Source: Candidatus Omnitrophota bacterium (lineage in GTDB: Bacteria; Omnitrophota; Gorgyraeia; Gygaellales; Profunditerraquicolaceae). From it: a DNA stretch of 64,000 bases. Below, one piece after another: positions 12,052-22,434 of the stretch. The stretch's first letter is position 1. The number at the start of each line of letters is the position of its first letter. Location of the stretch: the NCBI GenBank assembly GCA_026387335.1, contig JAPLLX010000002.1, forward strand, positions 13,326-77,325. Direction: 5' to 3'. Made by a program: the position numbers and the translations under genes. The notes below the pieces were generated by a model. The model saw nothing but the letters and a program-made list of their open reading frames with translations, made no database searches and was not told the DNA's origin.

Positions 12052-12109
12052 TTAATAGGGACAGCGACCATTTTTTTCTGGCCGTTTAGATAAAAAAAAT
12101 GGTCGCTGT
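12044..12109. repeat. REPIN copy 5 (variant loop CTGGCCG)
   Basis: Overlaps the pilC stop TAA. AATAGGGACAGCGACCATTTTTTTCTGGCCGTTTAGATAAAAAAAATGGTCGCTGTCCCTATTTA. Confidence 0.9.
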
Positions 12110-12121
12110 CCCTATTTAAAT

Positions 12122-13495
12122 ATGAAAACAAAAGTAATAATAGAGCTTTCCGAGCGCTGGCTTAAAGTCACGATTGGCCGCAAGGTTTCTGTTGATCCTA
12201 TATTGAACACAGACCCGGCGACAATAGCCGCGTTATTAACTTCAGTTTTTAAGCAGAGTAAATGCGGCAAGGATCTGGAAGTCTTTGTGGTTTTAAGCCG
12301 CAACAAAATAACCGTGCGCCGCGTCGACCTGCCTTCGCAAGACCCCAAAGAAATCGAGCAGATGCTTGGGCTCTATCTTATCCGTCAGATCCCGTATCAT
12401 AAAGAAGAGGTTTTCTGGGCCTATCAGAATTTGGGTTTTGACGGGATAAGCAACAGCCATATACTCTTGGCTATAGCCCTAAAGAATATGTTCAGGAACA
12501 TCGTGACTTCGTTTGGGCCGCTGAATCTGTTACCTGAATCTATATTGATGAGCTCTCAAGGGTTGATCCATTATGTTTCCGACGCGCTTAAAGATAAGAG
12601 CGTTTTACAGGGGCCGTATTTAATACTGGATATAGATACTAATTACAGCGAGCTGATCCTGGTCAACAAGCAAAAATTAAATTCCAGCGTAGTCCTGGCC
12701 CAGGGCGCCGAGCAATTGAAAGATGAGCGGGAAAAAGACAGGTTTATTGTTGAGCTTAAGCAGGGTTTGGTGGCCTTTAATAGCGAGGTCCCCGACGTAA
12801 AAGCGGAGAGACTCTTTTTAAGCGGAGCCTCAGAAGCTCAGCTGGTTATTGTGGAAGCAGCTTTAGCCAGGGACTTTAATATAAAGGCGCAATATGTCTC
12901 GACAAAGGATTATGATAGTTTTAACCCGGGTCAGCCCAAAGAGCTTTCGCTTTCAGCAGCGCTGGGTTTTAGCTCCCAGGTAGCCAGAGACGATATAAAG
13001 TTCATCCTTCCGGAGTTACAGATAAAGAAGGAGATGCAGGCCAAGGCCCGCCAGCTTATGGTTTTAGGGGTATGCCTGGTTTACATATTTATTATGTTCT
13101 GCGCGATCGGCCTGGTAAGGATGGCCCAGAAACAATCTTATTCCGCCAACCTTAAGGCTAAAGTAAAGAGCCTGGCTAAGGATACGCAGGAGCTGGAGGA
13201 TATAACCAATAAGCTTAAGGTGGCCAAACAATATGTAAACCCCAAGGCTTCTGTCCTTACGTTGCTTTATGAACTTTCTCGCTTTTGCCCCGAGGGTATA
13301 ACCATCACAAATTTCAACTGGGAATTGGGAAAGACTTTTTCTTTCCGGGGCTACGCGCAACAAATTCCGGATATATTGGCATTCACCAATACTTTGAGCA
13401 ATTCCGAATATTTTAAAGGCGCGCAAAACCGTTATACCCGCAGGCGTACCGTCAAAGACAGGGAGATGGTTGATTTTGAAATCGTAATTAAATAG
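12122..13495 (+). CDS. PilM-like (actin/FtsA-like) domain fused to a PilN-like transmembrane plus periplasmic segment
   Basis: About 300-aa N-terminal cytoplasmic domain, then a single TM helix LMVLGVCLVYIFIMFCAIGLV, then about 130 aa more. The position directly after pilC fits pilM/pilN. Family assignment is by architecture, not strong motifs. Confidence 0.45.
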   Translation: MKTKVIIELSERWLKVTIGRKVSVDPILNTDPATIAALLTSVFKQSKCGKDLEVFVVLSRNKITVRRVDLPSQDPKEIEQMLGLYLIRQIPYHKEEVFWAYQNLGFDGISNSHILLAIALKNMFRNIVTSFGPLNLLPESILMSSQGLIHYVSDALKDKSVLQGPYLILDIDTNYSELILVNKQKLNSSVVLAQGAEQLKDEREKDRFIVELKQGLVAFNSEVPDVKAERLFLSGASEAQLVIVEAALARDFNIKAQYVSTKDYDSFNPGQPKELSLSAALGFSSQVARDDIKFILPELQIKKEMQAKARQLMVLGVCLVYIFIMFCAIGLVRMAQKQSYSANLKAKVKSLAKDTQELEDITNKLKVAKQYVNPKASVLTLLYELSRFCPEGITITNFNWELGKTFSFRGYAQQIPDILAFTNTLSNSEYFKGAQNRYTRRRTVKDREMVDFEIVIK

Positions 13496-13555
13496 GGACA
13501 GCGACCATTTTTCTGGTCGCTCAGCTAAGAGAAAAACGGTCGCTGTCCCTATTTA
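13492..13555. repeat. REPIN copy 6
   Basis: Its first triplet TAG is the stop of the PilMN ORF. Loop variant with AAAAACGG. Confidence 0.9.
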
Positions 13556-13562
13556 AAATAGA

Positions 13563-14093
13563 ATGATGAAATTAAATAATAAAGAGAAGACTTTAGCAAC
13601 ATTAGTAGGTTTGGTCCTGGCTATTTTTTTGCTCAAGGCCTTTGTCTTCGGTCCGATATTTGAGAAGATTACGACTTATAACCAGGAGATTGAACAATCT
13701 AAGATGGCCATACGTAAATTTATGGCCCTTGAGCATAACCGCAGCGAAATTCTTAAAGCCCAGAAGCAGATAGAAGGATATTCCAGCCTTAAAGGCTCTG
13801 ACGAAGACAAAACTGCCATGGTTATGAGCAAGGTTGAGGCTGAGGCCCGCAAAGCCAAATTGCAGGTATCGGATATGAGCCCGGGCGGATCCAGTAAAAC
13901 AAAAGGGGGGGCGGTTATTTATAGCATACAGCTGCGCGCAGAGGGGAAATTAGATGATATATTGAATTTTCTATCCGGAATTGAAAAAGCCAGCACTCTT
14001 TTGCAGGTAGCTAAGCTGACGTTATCCAATAAGGATGAAATCAGCGATGTGCTTAAACTGGAAGTAATTGTTTTGGGAGTGTCATTTTCCTAG
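13563..14093 (+). CDS. PilO/GspM-like bitopic membrane protein
   Basis: N-terminal TM helix, coiled-coil region, position in the pilus cluster. Confidence 0.35.
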   Translation: MMKLNNKEKTLATLVGLVLAIFLLKAFVFGPIFEKITTYNQEIEQSKMAIRKFMALEHNRSEILKAQKQIEGYSSLKGSDEDKTAMVMSKVEAEARKAKLQVSDMSPGGSSKTKGGAVIYSIQLRAEGKLDDILNFLSGIEKASTLLQVAKLTLSNKDEISDVLKLEVIVLGVSFS

Positions 14094-14104
14094 AGGAGGT
14101 TATT

Positions 14105-14500
14105 ATGAGAAAAGGTTTTACTTTAATCGAACTGATGCTTGTAGTTATTATTATCGGCGTTTTGTCGGCGATGGTCGTGCCGCGGCTGGCCGGACGCTCA
14201 GAGCAGGCCAGGATACAGGCGGCAAAAACAGATATTAACTCCAGTATTCCCCTGGCGCTTGACCTCTATGAGATGGATATGGGAAACTTTCCGGAAAGCC
14301 TGGACTATTTAAGGACGCGGCCCGGAACCGGAGATAGCTGGCGCGGGCCATATCTAAAAAAGAAACCGCTGGATCCCTGGGGTAAAGCTTATATTTATAA
14401 AGCTCCGGGCGAGCATAACCAGGACGGCTATGACCTTTATTCCATGGGGCCAGACGGCCAGGCGGGTACAAGCGACGATATCGTAAACTGGGGTGAATAG
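14105..14500 (+). CDS. gspG: Type II secretion major pseudopilin GspG (prepilin N-terminus)
   Basis: MRKGFTLIELM (G|F cleavage site with Glu at +5). DPWGKAYIYKAPGEHNQDGYDLYSMGPDGQAGTSDDIVNW is the hallmark GspG/PulG C-terminal calcium-loop region. RBS AGAGGAGG. Confidence 0.8.
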   Translation: MRKGFTLIELMLVVIIIGVLSAMVVPRLAGRSEQARIQAAKTDINSSIPLALDLYEMDMGNFPESLDYLRTRPGTGDSWRGPYLKKKPLDPWGKAYIYKAPGEHNQDGYDLYSMGPDGQAGTSDDIVNWGE

Positions 14501-14909
14501 GCTTAAAGGTTTTACTCTGATTGAAGTGATGATAAGCGTGCTTATTCTGGGCACAGGCTTGGCGGTTGTCGCCAATTCTTACCTCTCCGCGGTCAGAGGT
14601 ATAAATAGCGCCCAGAATAATATTCAGGCGACGCTTTTGGCAAAAGAAAAATTTGACGAGTTGGAGCTGTCCAGTTTAATGAAAAAAGGATTGACCGCGT
14701 TTTCTGCCAACGATACCCTAAAATCTTCAGGCAAAACTTACAAATACGACCTGAGTATTACAGAAATAGCCGAACCAGAATATATTTCTGAATACCTGGT
14801 TAAAACCTGCCTTACGCTAAGCTGGCAGGAAAAGAACGTCACCAAAAATGCCACTCTTTCCACTTATTTTCCTAAATATAAAGAAGAGAAAGCCAGCAAG
14901 AGCCTTTAG
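14493..14909 (+). CDS. Minor pseudopilin (GspI/J-like)
   Basis: Prepilin leader and hydrophobic helix MNRLKGFTLIEVMISVLILG; 4-nt overlap with gspG. Confidence 0.55.
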   Translation: MNRLKGFTLIEVMISVLILGTGLAVVANSYLSAVRGINSAQNNIQATLLAKEKFDELELSSLMKKGLTAFSANDTLKSSGKTYKYDLSITEIAEPEYISEYLVKTCLTLSWQEKNVTKNATLSTYFPKYKEEKASKSL

Positions 14910-15450
14910 CCTTGTTGAGCTACTCATCGCGGTCTCCATATTCGCCGTAGTCAGTATCGCTGTTTATTCCACTTTTAGTTCAGGTTTAGACGTATTACGC
15001 AAGGTTAAGAATATTGACTTGGCCCAGCAGATGTTCCTGCTTAAGCAGGAAAGATTTGCTAAGGATTTAAGGCAGACAGTTTTATTACGTAAACCCTTAT
15101 TCTTAGGTTTAAAAGACAAGGTAAGCTTCGGAGCCATTGTTAACGATTGGCCCTGTCGCCTGACTTACGCGTTTGATAATTCTACTCAAAGCCTGACGCG
15201 CAATACCGATAAACTAAGCGATATACTCACCAGCGAAGGAAAGATTGAAGTTGAGTCCAAGTCCAAACCAACGGTTTTCATCCCCAAAGTAAAAAAAGCG
15301 GAATTTTCATATCTCTACCTGGATTTAAAGAAAAATGTTTACAGCTGGACTGAAGAATGGAAAGAGAAATTTCTGCCTCTGGCGGTAAAACTAAACATTT
15401 CAATCGGAAACCAAGATTATGCCACGACTGTATTTTTGCCCACAGCGTAA
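14848..15450 (+). CDS. Minor pseudopilin (GspH/J-like)
   Basis: KKRKPARAFSLVELLIAVSIFAVV is a prepilin-like N-terminal helix with Glu at +5. The true start is ambiguous and overlaps the previous gene. Confidence 0.45.
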   Translation: MPLFPLIFLNIKKRKPARAFSLVELLIAVSIFAVVSIAVYSTFSSGLDVLRKVKNIDLAQQMFLLKQERFAKDLRQTVLLRKPLFLGLKDKVSFGAIVNDWPCRLTYAFDNSTQSLTRNTDKLSDILTSEGKIEVESKSKPTVFIPKVKKAEFSYLYLDLKKNVYSWTEEWKEKFLPLAVKLNISIGNQDYATTVFLPTA

Positions 15451-16336
15451 AAACGGAAGTATAATCATGATCTGCCTTTGGATAATGGTGATCCTGGGCA
15501 TCCTGGGCATGGGCCTTACCGGGCTGGTATTCCAGGAGATAAGGTTTTCTTCGGCTATTTCGCGTTTGAATTTATCTTTACCTATGGCTAAAGCCGCCCT
15601 CAGGGTAGTTTTTTATGAAAGGGCCGCGGATACTACCCCGGATTACGATACCCTGCAGGAATTAGCGACGGAGAAGAGCGTATCCATATGCGGTAGTAAC
15701 CCCTACAAATACTATTTTGTAGATAAGCAGACTGTTCAAGATTCCGAAGAGATTATAGATGAGAGCGCGCTGATCAATATAAATCTGGCTTCTCTGGATG
15801 TGCTTAAGAGGTTACCCGGCGTAGATGAAGATATGGCGGATAAAATCGCTAACGCGGGCTTTCGTCCCTACTCTTCGATCAATGAAGTTCTTTTGGTAGA
15901 GGGCGTGACAGTCGAAAAATTCCGGCTTTTTAAGGATATGGTTACTGTTTACGGCAAGGGAAAGGTAAATATCAATACCGCCAGTAAGGCGGTTTTGGTT
16001 TGCCTGGGTTTAGATGAGGAATTAGCGGATATAATCTTGCGTTATCGTAAGGTGCATAGAATAGAGCCGAAAAAAGATAAAGACGGCAATCCTATCGGCC
16101 CGCAAGACGAATGTGGATTCTCAAGCCTATCTTCATTGGTTACGGACCTGCGCGAGTTTTCCAGTTTAGGCCTGCGCCAGGAACAGGATCTATTGAGCCT
16201 GCAGAATTCTTTGGCCGTAAAATCAGGATACCTGCGATTTAATATAGTCCCCCAAATAAACAACAAGACCGGCACGCATTATTCCGTGGTTATTAATCCC
16301 GAGACAAAGAAAATTGTTTCCTGGAGAGAGTATTAA
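15419..16336 (+). CDS. GspK-like minor pseudopilin with tandem helix-hairpin-helix-like domains
   Basis: N-terminal hydrophobic helix MICLWIMVILGILGMGLTG (the start is more likely 15467). Two (I/V)N(I/V)NTAS...L..LPG(I/V) repeats as in GspK. Confidence 0.45.
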   Translation: MPRLYFCPQRKNGSIIMICLWIMVILGILGMGLTGLVFQEIRFSSAISRLNLSLPMAKAALRVVFYERAADTTPDYDTLQELATEKSVSICGSNPYKYYFVDKQTVQDSEEIIDESALININLASLDVLKRLPGVDEDMADKIANAGFRPYSSINEVLLVEGVTVEKFRLFKDMVTVYGKGKVNINTASKAVLVCLGLDEELADIILRYRKVHRIEPKKDKDGNPIGPQDECGFSSLSSLVTDLREFSSLGLRQEQDLLSLQNSLAVKSGYLRFNIVPQINNKTGTHYSVVINPETKKIVSWREY

Positions 16337-16341
16337 ATATT

Positions 16342-16728
16342 TTATTGCGGACTTTCCTTGTTGGCTATAGCCTTTTGGATCTCGGCTACGACCGTATTCA
16401 GGTCAAACGGTTTTATAAGATAACCCACCACGCCAAGTTTGTAGGCCCTTTTGATATCTACCAGGTCGCTTAGCCCGGACATTATTATTATCGGAATGGT
16501 CTGGGCTTCTGCGTCGCTGTTTAACATCCGGCAGATTTCAAATCCGTCCAAATCCGGCATAAGCAGGTCCAGGAGGATAAGGTGGGGTTCAAAGTTTTTG
16601 ATTAATTTGATCAGTTGCTCAGGCTCCTTAGAGACCATGACTTCAAAACCTTTAGAAGTCAGCAGTTCTTTAAGCATGGACAATACTTCTTCCCGGTCGT
16701 CAGCGATAAAGATTTTTTTCTTGGGCAT
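16342..16728 (-). CDS. Single-domain response regulator (CheY-like receiver)
   Basis: FIADD acidic pair, phospho-acceptor Asp in LILLDLLMPDLDG, and conserved T/S and K (YLIKP). Confidence 0.8.
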   Translation of the reverse strand: MPKKKIFIADDREEVLSMLKELLTSKGFEVMVSKEPEQLIKLIKNFEPHLILLDLLMPDLDGFEICRMLNSDAEAQTIPIIIMSGLSDLVDIKRAYKLGVVGYLIKPFDLNTVVAEIQKAIANKESPQ

Positions 16729-16813
16729 AACTTCCTTGGGTTAATTTAATTATTAGTATAGCGATATTTTTTTACTTAGTCAATAGTTAACAGGAAAGAG
16801 CTACCCTAGCCGG

Positions 16814-16842
16814 TTGACTTCTTGGCTCAGGCGGCGTATAAT
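16814..16842 (+). promoter_or_regulatory. Consensus sigma70-type promoter TTGACT-N17-TATAAT driving the 16851 gene as a leaderless or near-leaderless mRNA
   Basis: TTGACT at 16814-16819 and TATAAT at 16837-16842, read directly. The ATG at 16851 is 8 nt after the -10 box. Confidence 0.5.
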
Positions 16843-16850
16843 TAATAAAT

Positions 16851-18884
16851 ATGGAAAATAGAAATACGCAGATATTAGATAATGTCCTTAAGCGCTTACT
16901 TTTGTTTTTCTTTTTCTGCCTACTCGTAGTTTATGCTTCCCGCGAGGTCGCCGACCTCGATCTTTGGCTGCATTTAAAAACAGGGGAGTATATCCTCCAG
17001 CACAAAACTATTCCCCCCGGAGATATTTTCGCGTTTACTATTTATGGCAAGCCTTGGATAAACCACGAATGGCTTTTTCAAGTGATCACCTATTTATTCC
17101 ATGCGGCTTGGGGCCCTACCGGCTTGATTCTCATGCAAAATATCATCGTTGTCTTGACCTTCCTGTTTTTGTGGATGGCCTTTCGCCGCCGGAACAATCT
17201 TATGTTGATTTTTAGCGTCCTCTATCTGGCAGTGCTGGCGTCGGCTTATCGTTTTATGATCAGGCCGGATATCTTTAGCCTGCTTTTCCTTAGCGCCTAT
17301 CTTTGCGTATTGAAAGATTTTAACGAAAATAATTCTGCTTGGATATGGATATTGCCTTTTGCCCAGATCATCTGGGTAAATATCCACGGTTTTGCTTTTG
17401 CCGGGCCGCTACTCGTCGGTGTATTCTTATTGAGCGAGTTTATCAAAAGGATGGGCTTAGGGAATAATGTGCGGCGTTTGGATAACCGGCAGGTAAAACA
17501 GCTTTTTATGCTATTAGCGATATTACTACTGGTTTCTTTTATCAACCCTTATGGCTCTAAAGGAGCTTTTTATCCGTTTTTGGTTTTAGAGCAGATATCC
17601 GGCAAAGGAAAAGTAATCTTTCAATACGTCAAAGAACTTGCCTCACCGATTAATCCTAAAAATCTCTTTGACGGGGGGCGCTTCCTTTATTATAAAGTAC
17701 TGCTTATTGTTTCATTTTTTAGTTTTATTTTTAACCGCAAGCGGATAAATATCGCCGATTTACTTCTGTGGCTTTTCTTCCTTTTTTCTTCCCTGGTTGC
17801 CGCCAGAAACGCGGCTATTTTTGCGATCGTAGCGGCCTTTGTGACTTTAAATAACGCGCAACTTTTCTGGGAAAACAGGGGACCTCTATTCTCCGGGTGG
17901 CGTAAGAGCATTCTTTCTCCCATTCTAAAATACCTGTGCGTGGCGGCCTTATTTTACTATCCGGCAAGAGGCGCGCAACAATTCCTGGAGCTTGTAGCTG
18001 ATTCTCTGGGTACTTACGCCTTAAAATCCAGCCGAAATGGCGTGGCCGAAGCTACCTATCCCCAGAAGGCCGTGGATTTCCTGCTTAAAAATAATTTCCC
18101 CAAGTATATGTTCAATGATTTTAACTCCGGTTCTTTCTTAGTCTACAATGTTTTTCCCCGCAGACAGGTCTTTATAGACGGAAGGACAGAGCTTTACGGC
18201 CCGGATTTCTTTTCCGATTATGCTTTGGCCGGAAGCGGAGAGAAGGAGGTAATCGAGAAGATAATTAAGAAATACGCTATCAAGGCGTTCTTCCTGACTA
18301 TTTCTGCGCATGACCTTCAGGACGGGCTCATAGATTATTTGCTTTATAATCCAGACTGGAAGATCGTCTATCTGGATGAAGCGGCAATTATTTTTGTCCA
18401 GGATATCCCGGAAAATAGGGCTTTGATCAAAAAGTTTCAGATTAATTTAAAAGATTGGGAGCCGCCAAGTTTAAGGCCTTTAAAAAACAGCAATATTTTC
18501 CCGTATCCGTTTGCGTATCTTTACCGGGCGCGTTTTTTCCATAGACACGCTCTTTACGCCAATGCCGCCAAAGAATCCCGGGTTATTCTTTCTTTGGTCC
18601 CCAATAACCAAGAAGCTTTGGATTTTATAGAGGAGGCCTGTTTTAACCGGGCGTTGATTGCGTCGAATAAGGGAGAGCTGGATCAGGCTATCTTGGATTA
18701 TTCGAAGGTAATAGAGATTAACCCCCAGAACGCCAACGCCTATAACAACCGGGCGGTCGCTTTTTTCTGGAAGCAGGAATACGCCAAAAGCTGGAAAGAC
18801 GTGCAGAGCGCGCAAATGTTGGGATTTAAGGTCCACCCCGGATTTATTCAACAACTTAAAGCATCCTCCGGGAAGGAAGAATGA
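16851..18884 (+). CDS. Polytopic membrane protein with C-terminal TPR repeats, possibly a GT-C fold (PMT/TMTC/DUF2723-like) glycosyltransferase
   Basis: About 12 predicted TM helices in the first 450 aa. The C-terminus has at least 2 TPR-like repeats (ALDFIEEA...NANAYNNRAVAFFWKQEYAKS). The GT-C assignment is by architecture only. Confidence 0.35.
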   Translation: MENRNTQILDNVLKRLLLFFFFCLLVVYASREVADLDLWLHLKTGEYILQHKTIPPGDIFAFTIYGKPWINHEWLFQVITYLFHAAWGPTGLILMQNIIVVLTFLFLWMAFRRRNNLMLIFSVLYLAVLASAYRFMIRPDIFSLLFLSAYLCVLKDFNENNSAWIWILPFAQIIWVNIHGFAFAGPLLVGVFLLSEFIKRMGLGNNVRRLDNRQVKQLFMLLAILLLVSFINPYGSKGAFYPFLVLEQISGKGKVIFQYVKELASPINPKNLFDGGRFLYYKVLLIVSFFSFIFNRKRINIADLLLWLFFLFSSLVAARNAAIFAIVAAFVTLNNAQLFWENRGPLFSGWRKSILSPILKYLCVAALFYYPARGAQQFLELVADSLGTYALKSSRNGVAEATYPQKAVDFLLKNNFPKYMFNDFNSGSFLVYNVFPRRQVFIDGRTELYGPDFFSDYALAGSGEKEVIEKIIKKYAIKAFFLTISAHDLQDGLIDYLLYNPDWKIVYLDEAAIIFVQDIPENRALIKKFQINLKDWEPPSLRPLKNSNIFPYPFAYLYRARFFHRHALYANAAKESRVILSLVPNNQEALDFIEEACFNRALIASNKGELDQAILDYSKVIEINPQNANAYNNRAVAFFWKQEYAKSWKDVQSAQMLGFKVHPGFIQQLKASSGKEE

Positions 18885-18895
18885 AGGTTTTAAGA

Positions 18896-20422
18896 TTAAT
18901 AATCCCTGTCCAGGCTGCGGTATTGCACCGCCTCGGAAAGATGCTCCGTTTGAATATCCGCGTTTCCCGCTAAATCCGCAAGCGTCCGGGAAATTTTCAA
19001 GATCTTGTCATATGCCCGGGCGCTAAAATTTAACTCGGCCATCGCCAGCTTCAGTAATTCGTTTTCCTCTTTGCCCAACGCGCAAAACTTTCTTACCTGC
19101 TTGTGGCTCATTTGAGCGTTACACCCGATACCTTCATCCTTAAACCTGGCTCTTTGTATATCACGGGCCTTATTTACTCTTTCCTGGATTTGGGCAGAAC
19201 TTTCCGCCGGCAGATTACTGGATAACTCCTGGTATTTGGCAGCTGGCACTTCAATATGGATATCTATTCTATCCAGAAGCGGGCCGGAAATCTTCGCGCG
19301 GTAGCTGGCGATTTTAGTTGTGTTACAGCGGCAGGCCTTATGCGGATCGGTAAAATACCCGCAAGGGCAAGGGTTCATCGCAGCTACCAGGACAAATGCC
19401 GCGGGAAAGGTTACGGATTTAAATATCCGCGCTACGCGGATCGAGCCGTCTTCTAACGGCTGGCGCAAGGCCTCAAGGCAGTCGCGCCGGAATTCCGGAA
19501 GTTCGTCCAGAAAAAGCACTCCCTGATGCGCTAAGCTGATTTCTCCCGGGATAGGTATCGAGCCGCCGCCAACCATTGCCGCGCTGGATATGGTGTGATG
19601 CAGAGAACGGAACGGCCGGGTAGAGATAATCCCGTTTTTATTTACCAAAGCGCCGACCACCGAATGTATCTTACTTACCTCCAGCATTTCTTCCAGCGTT
19701 AAATCCGGCATAATCGTAGGAATTCTTTTGGCGAGCATAGTTTTGCCGCTTCCCGGCGGCCCGATCATTAGGATATTGTGTCCTCCGGCAATAGCTACCT
19801 CTAGGGCTCTTTTAGCCAGAAATTGGCCCTTTACTTCCGAGAAATCCACGCGGTGAAGGTTCTTATTTTCAGATAAGCTTAATAGATCCAGCCGGAAGGG
19901 TTTAAGCATCCCGGGATTGTTTAAGAATTCCACGCTTTCCCTAAGTGTCTTGAGCGCAAATACCGAAACCCCCGAGACTATAGCCGCTTCTTTGGCGTTT
20001 TGTTCCGGTAGGATAACTCGGTTAGAGGCAGAATTTGCCGCAGCCATAGCTATTGGTAACGCTCCTCTTATCGGCCTAAGCGTTCCATCTAAAGCAAGCT
20101 CCCCTAAAATAAAGTATCCGGATAACCCGGAGCTGTTGATCTGGCCAGTTGCCGCCAGTATGCCTAAAGCAATCCCTAAATCAAAGCAAGCGCCTTCTTT
20201 TCGAATTCCGGATGGCGCAAGGCTTAGCGTGATCCTTTCCGCCGGCCAGTTAAACCCCGAGTTTTTAATCGCGCTCTTGACCCTTTCCCGGCTTTCTTTT
20301 ACCGCGGAATCCGGCAGGCCAACCATATTTACCGCTGGCAACCCCCGGGAAACATCTACTTCTATCTCTACAGGGTAAGCTTCTATGCCGTGTAACCCAA
20401 AACTTAAAGCCCGCGCCAGCAT
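18896..20422 (-). CDS. comM: YifB/ComM family Mg-chelatase-like AAA+ ATPase
   Basis: The N-terminus [38 protein letters not shown] is the typical ComM start (the ORF track's upstream extension to 20512 is probably not translated). Walker A GPPGSGKT, Lon-like N-domain, C-terminal Mg-chelatase domain. Confidence 0.85.
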   Translation of the reverse strand: MLARALSFGLHGIEAYPVEIEVDVSRGLPAVNMVGLPDSAVKESRERVKSAIKNSGFNWPAERITLSLAPSGIRKEGACFDLGIALGILAATGQINSSGLSGYFILGELALDGTLRPIRGALPIAMAAANSASNRVILPEQNAKEAAIVSGVSVFALKTLRESVEFLNNPGMLKPFRLDLLSLSENKNLHRVDFSEVKGQFLAKRALEVAIAGGHNILMIGPPGSGKTMLAKRIPTIMPDLTLEEMLEVSKIHSVVGALVNKNGIISTRPFRSLHHTISSAAMVGGGSIPIPGEISLAHQGVLFLDELPEFRRDCLEALRQPLEDGSIRVARIFKSVTFPAAFVLVAAMNPCPCGYFTDPHKACRCNTTKIASYRAKISGPLLDRIDIHIEVPAAKYQELSSNLPAESSAQIQERVNKARDIQRARFKDEGIGCNAQMSHKQVRKFCALGKEENELLKLAMAELNFSARAYDKILKISRTLADLAGNADIQTEHLSEAVQYRSLDRDY

Positions 20423-20506
20423 CTTTACCTCCCTTTGCTTTAATAGACGTAATAAGGGAGGAAATCTAACCAAATAATTTAATAGCCATTGACTAAGAGA
20501 AAAGGC

Positions 20507-20534
20507 TTGCAATTTGACCTCTTGATTATATAAT
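20507..20534 (+). promoter_or_regulatory. sigma70-like promoter TTGCAA-N16-TATAAT, leaderless relative to the ATG at 20543
   Basis: TTGCAA at 20507-20512 and TATAAT at 20529-20534, read directly. Confidence 0.4.
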
Positions 20535-20542
20535 ATTTCATT

Positions 20543-21079
20543 ATGAATAAGCGGAGCCTTAAAAACATCCTTATCCTGCTTTTGGTGAGCAGTTCTATTT
20601 TTCTTGTGCTTAGATATGTCTCTTCCCTAAAAGAGAACATCGCGGCGCTTGAAAATCAGAAGCAAAACCTCTTGCAGGAACTGGAGAAAGAGAAACAGGC
20701 CCTGGAAAAAGAAAAAGCGTCTGTCCAGCAACTGACTACTAAAAACGCCGGGCTGAAAAATTATTTAAAAGGCGCCCACAAGAGGCTGAATAAAGCATTT
20801 ACGGTTTTAGACAAGGCCGAAGAGAAGATGGATAAGCTGAACGCCCAATTTTCCATACTTAAGGCGGAGAATGGCGCGCTTTTAGAGGAAAAAGATAGGA
20901 TCGCCAAGGAAAACGCAGCAATGAAGATGAAGCTGAATTCCATAGATGAACTTAAAAAGGCGATAAGGGAACTTAAAAGACAGGTGCAAATAGAGGGTAA
21001 TCGCGGCTTTTTGATTAAAGATGGCCAGCCGACTTCTGCCGCAAAGATCAAAATAGAAGTGGTCCCTGCCTCAAGGTAA
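20543..21079 (+). CDS. Membrane-anchored coiled-coil protein (hypothetical)
   Basis: N-terminal TM helix followed by heptad-rich Q/E/K sequence. No family recognised. Confidence 0.3.
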   Translation: MNKRSLKNILILLLVSSSIFLVLRYVSSLKENIAALENQKQNLLQELEKEKQALEKEKASVQQLTTKNAGLKNYLKGAHKRLNKAFTVLDKAEEKMDKLNAQFSILKAENGALLEEKDRIAKENAAMKMKLNSIDELKKAIRELKRQVQIEGNRGFLIKDGQPTSAAKIKIEVVPASR

Positions 21080-21084
21080 CAACC

Positions 21085-21531
21085 ATGAGAGAAATATTTT
21101 TACAACTATCCCAGAATAAGATTTTTATCACTACGCTTTCCGCCTGGTTGATTGCCCAGGCCCTAAAGGTATTTATCGGGGTTGTGCAAAAGAAGAGGCT
21201 GGATTTTCGTTTATTTGTGGGGACAGGTGGTATGCCCTCGGCCCACGTAGCGGGCGCGGCCTGTTTAGCGACAGCCATAGGTTTAGAATACGGTTTCCAA
21301 AGCGTCAATTTCGCCCTGGCTGCTTCCTTCGCCATAGTGGTTATGTTTGACGCCCAGGGGGTCAGGCGGGCGACCGGGAAACAGGCGCGCATATTAAATA
21401 AAATAACCGACGATATTTATTGGCAGGGTAAAATTCACGACGGCCGCTTACGCGAGCTTATCGGCCACACCCCCCTAGAGGTCATCGGAGGATTTTTTGT
21501 CGGTGTGCTCATAGCAATATTGGCGCATTAA
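21085..21531 (+). CDS. Divergent PAP2 family membrane protein (YuiD/DUF212-like)
   Basis: GGMPSAHVAGAACLATAIG and C-terminal GHTPLEVIGG motifs as in YuiD-type acid phosphatase/haloperoxidase-related proteins. Confidence 0.6.
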   Translation: MREIFLQLSQNKIFITTLSAWLIAQALKVFIGVVQKKRLDFRLFVGTGGMPSAHVAGAACLATAIGLEYGFQSVNFALAASFAIVVMFDAQGVRRATGKQARILNKITDDIYWQGKIHDGRLRELIGHTPLEVIGGFFVGVLIAILAH

Positions 21532-21554
21532 ATAATTTAGAAAGGAAGAGTAAA

Positions 21555-22370
21555 GTGAATAAAAGAGTCTGGATAACCGGCGGTATAATATTGCTAGTCT
21601 TAATTTTGTTAGTGTCATTTTCCTTCAAAAAAGGCAGTTCTTCTTTTCCCGGACAAAAGCCAGCCGGGCCAACCTCCCAGGCCCTTTTAAGCCAAGCCAA
21701 GGCTTTACAGGCTAAGAGTGACCTGCTGGGAGCAAAAGCTGCCTACCAGAAGCTGGTAAATGATTTTCCCAATTCCGGCGAGGTAATGAATTGGCAGAAT
21801 AAGATAGAAGATATAAATATTAAACTTTTGTTCTCGCCCGCGCTGACTCCTAAGAGCGCGCTTTATGAGATAAAGCCGGGAGACACGCTTACCAAGATCG
21901 CCCGGGAATTTAAAACTACTCCGGATTTAATAAAAAAGAGCAATAATCTAAGCGATGACCGGATCAACCCGGGCAGGAAAATCAAAGTCTGGGTAGCGCC
22001 TTTTAGTATCCTCGTAGACAAGTCTCAGAATATCCTGATCCTTAAGAGCGACGAGGAGATAATCAAGACTTATATCGTGTCAACGGGGAAGAATAATTCT
22101 ACTCCTGTAGGAAATTTCAAAATTACCTCTAAATTAATCAATCCCACCTGGTTTAAGGCCGGAGCGGTTGTACCGGCAGGCACCCCGGAAAATATATTGG
22201 GCACGCGTTGGATGGGCATAGATAGACCCAGTTACGGAATACACGGCACCACTGAGCCCCAAAGCTTAGGCAAGCAGGTCACGCAAGGTTGTGTGCGTAT
22301 GTCTAATCCGGAAGTGGAAGAACTCTATACAATAGTCCCTGTCGGCACAGAAGTAGTTATCGTTGACTAA
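21555..22370 (+). CDS. LysM-domain L,D-transpeptidase (YkuD/ErfK family)
   Basis: LysM: YEIKPGDTLTKIAREFKTTPDLIKKSNNL. YkuD catalytic region: HGT...GKQVTQGCVRMSN (His/Cys/Arg). Confidence 0.75.
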   Translation: MNKRVWITGGIILLVLILLVSFSFKKGSSSFPGQKPAGPTSQALLSQAKALQAKSDLLGAKAAYQKLVNDFPNSGEVMNWQNKIEDINIKLLFSPALTPKSALYEIKPGDTLTKIAREFKTTPDLIKKSNNLSDDRINPGRKIKVWVAPFSILVDKSQNILILKSDEEIIKTYIVSTGKNNSTPVGNFKITSKLINPTWFKAGAVVPAGTPENILGTRWMGIDRPSYGIHGTTEPQSLGKQVTQGCVRMSNPEVEELYTIVPVGTEVVIVD

Positions 22371-22434
22371 ACAATCCTAAATGAGATCGCCACGCCCGCC
22401 ACTTAATTGATAGCGGGCTCGCGATGACAAGGAA

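Noticed and set aside
22371-22434. Dyad CGCCACGCCCGCCACTTAATTGATAGCGGGCTCGCGATGAC upstream of accA as a regulatory site
   Set aside because: There is only a weak imperfect dyad (GCCCGCCA/ATAGCGGGC) and no second copy, so support is insufficient.
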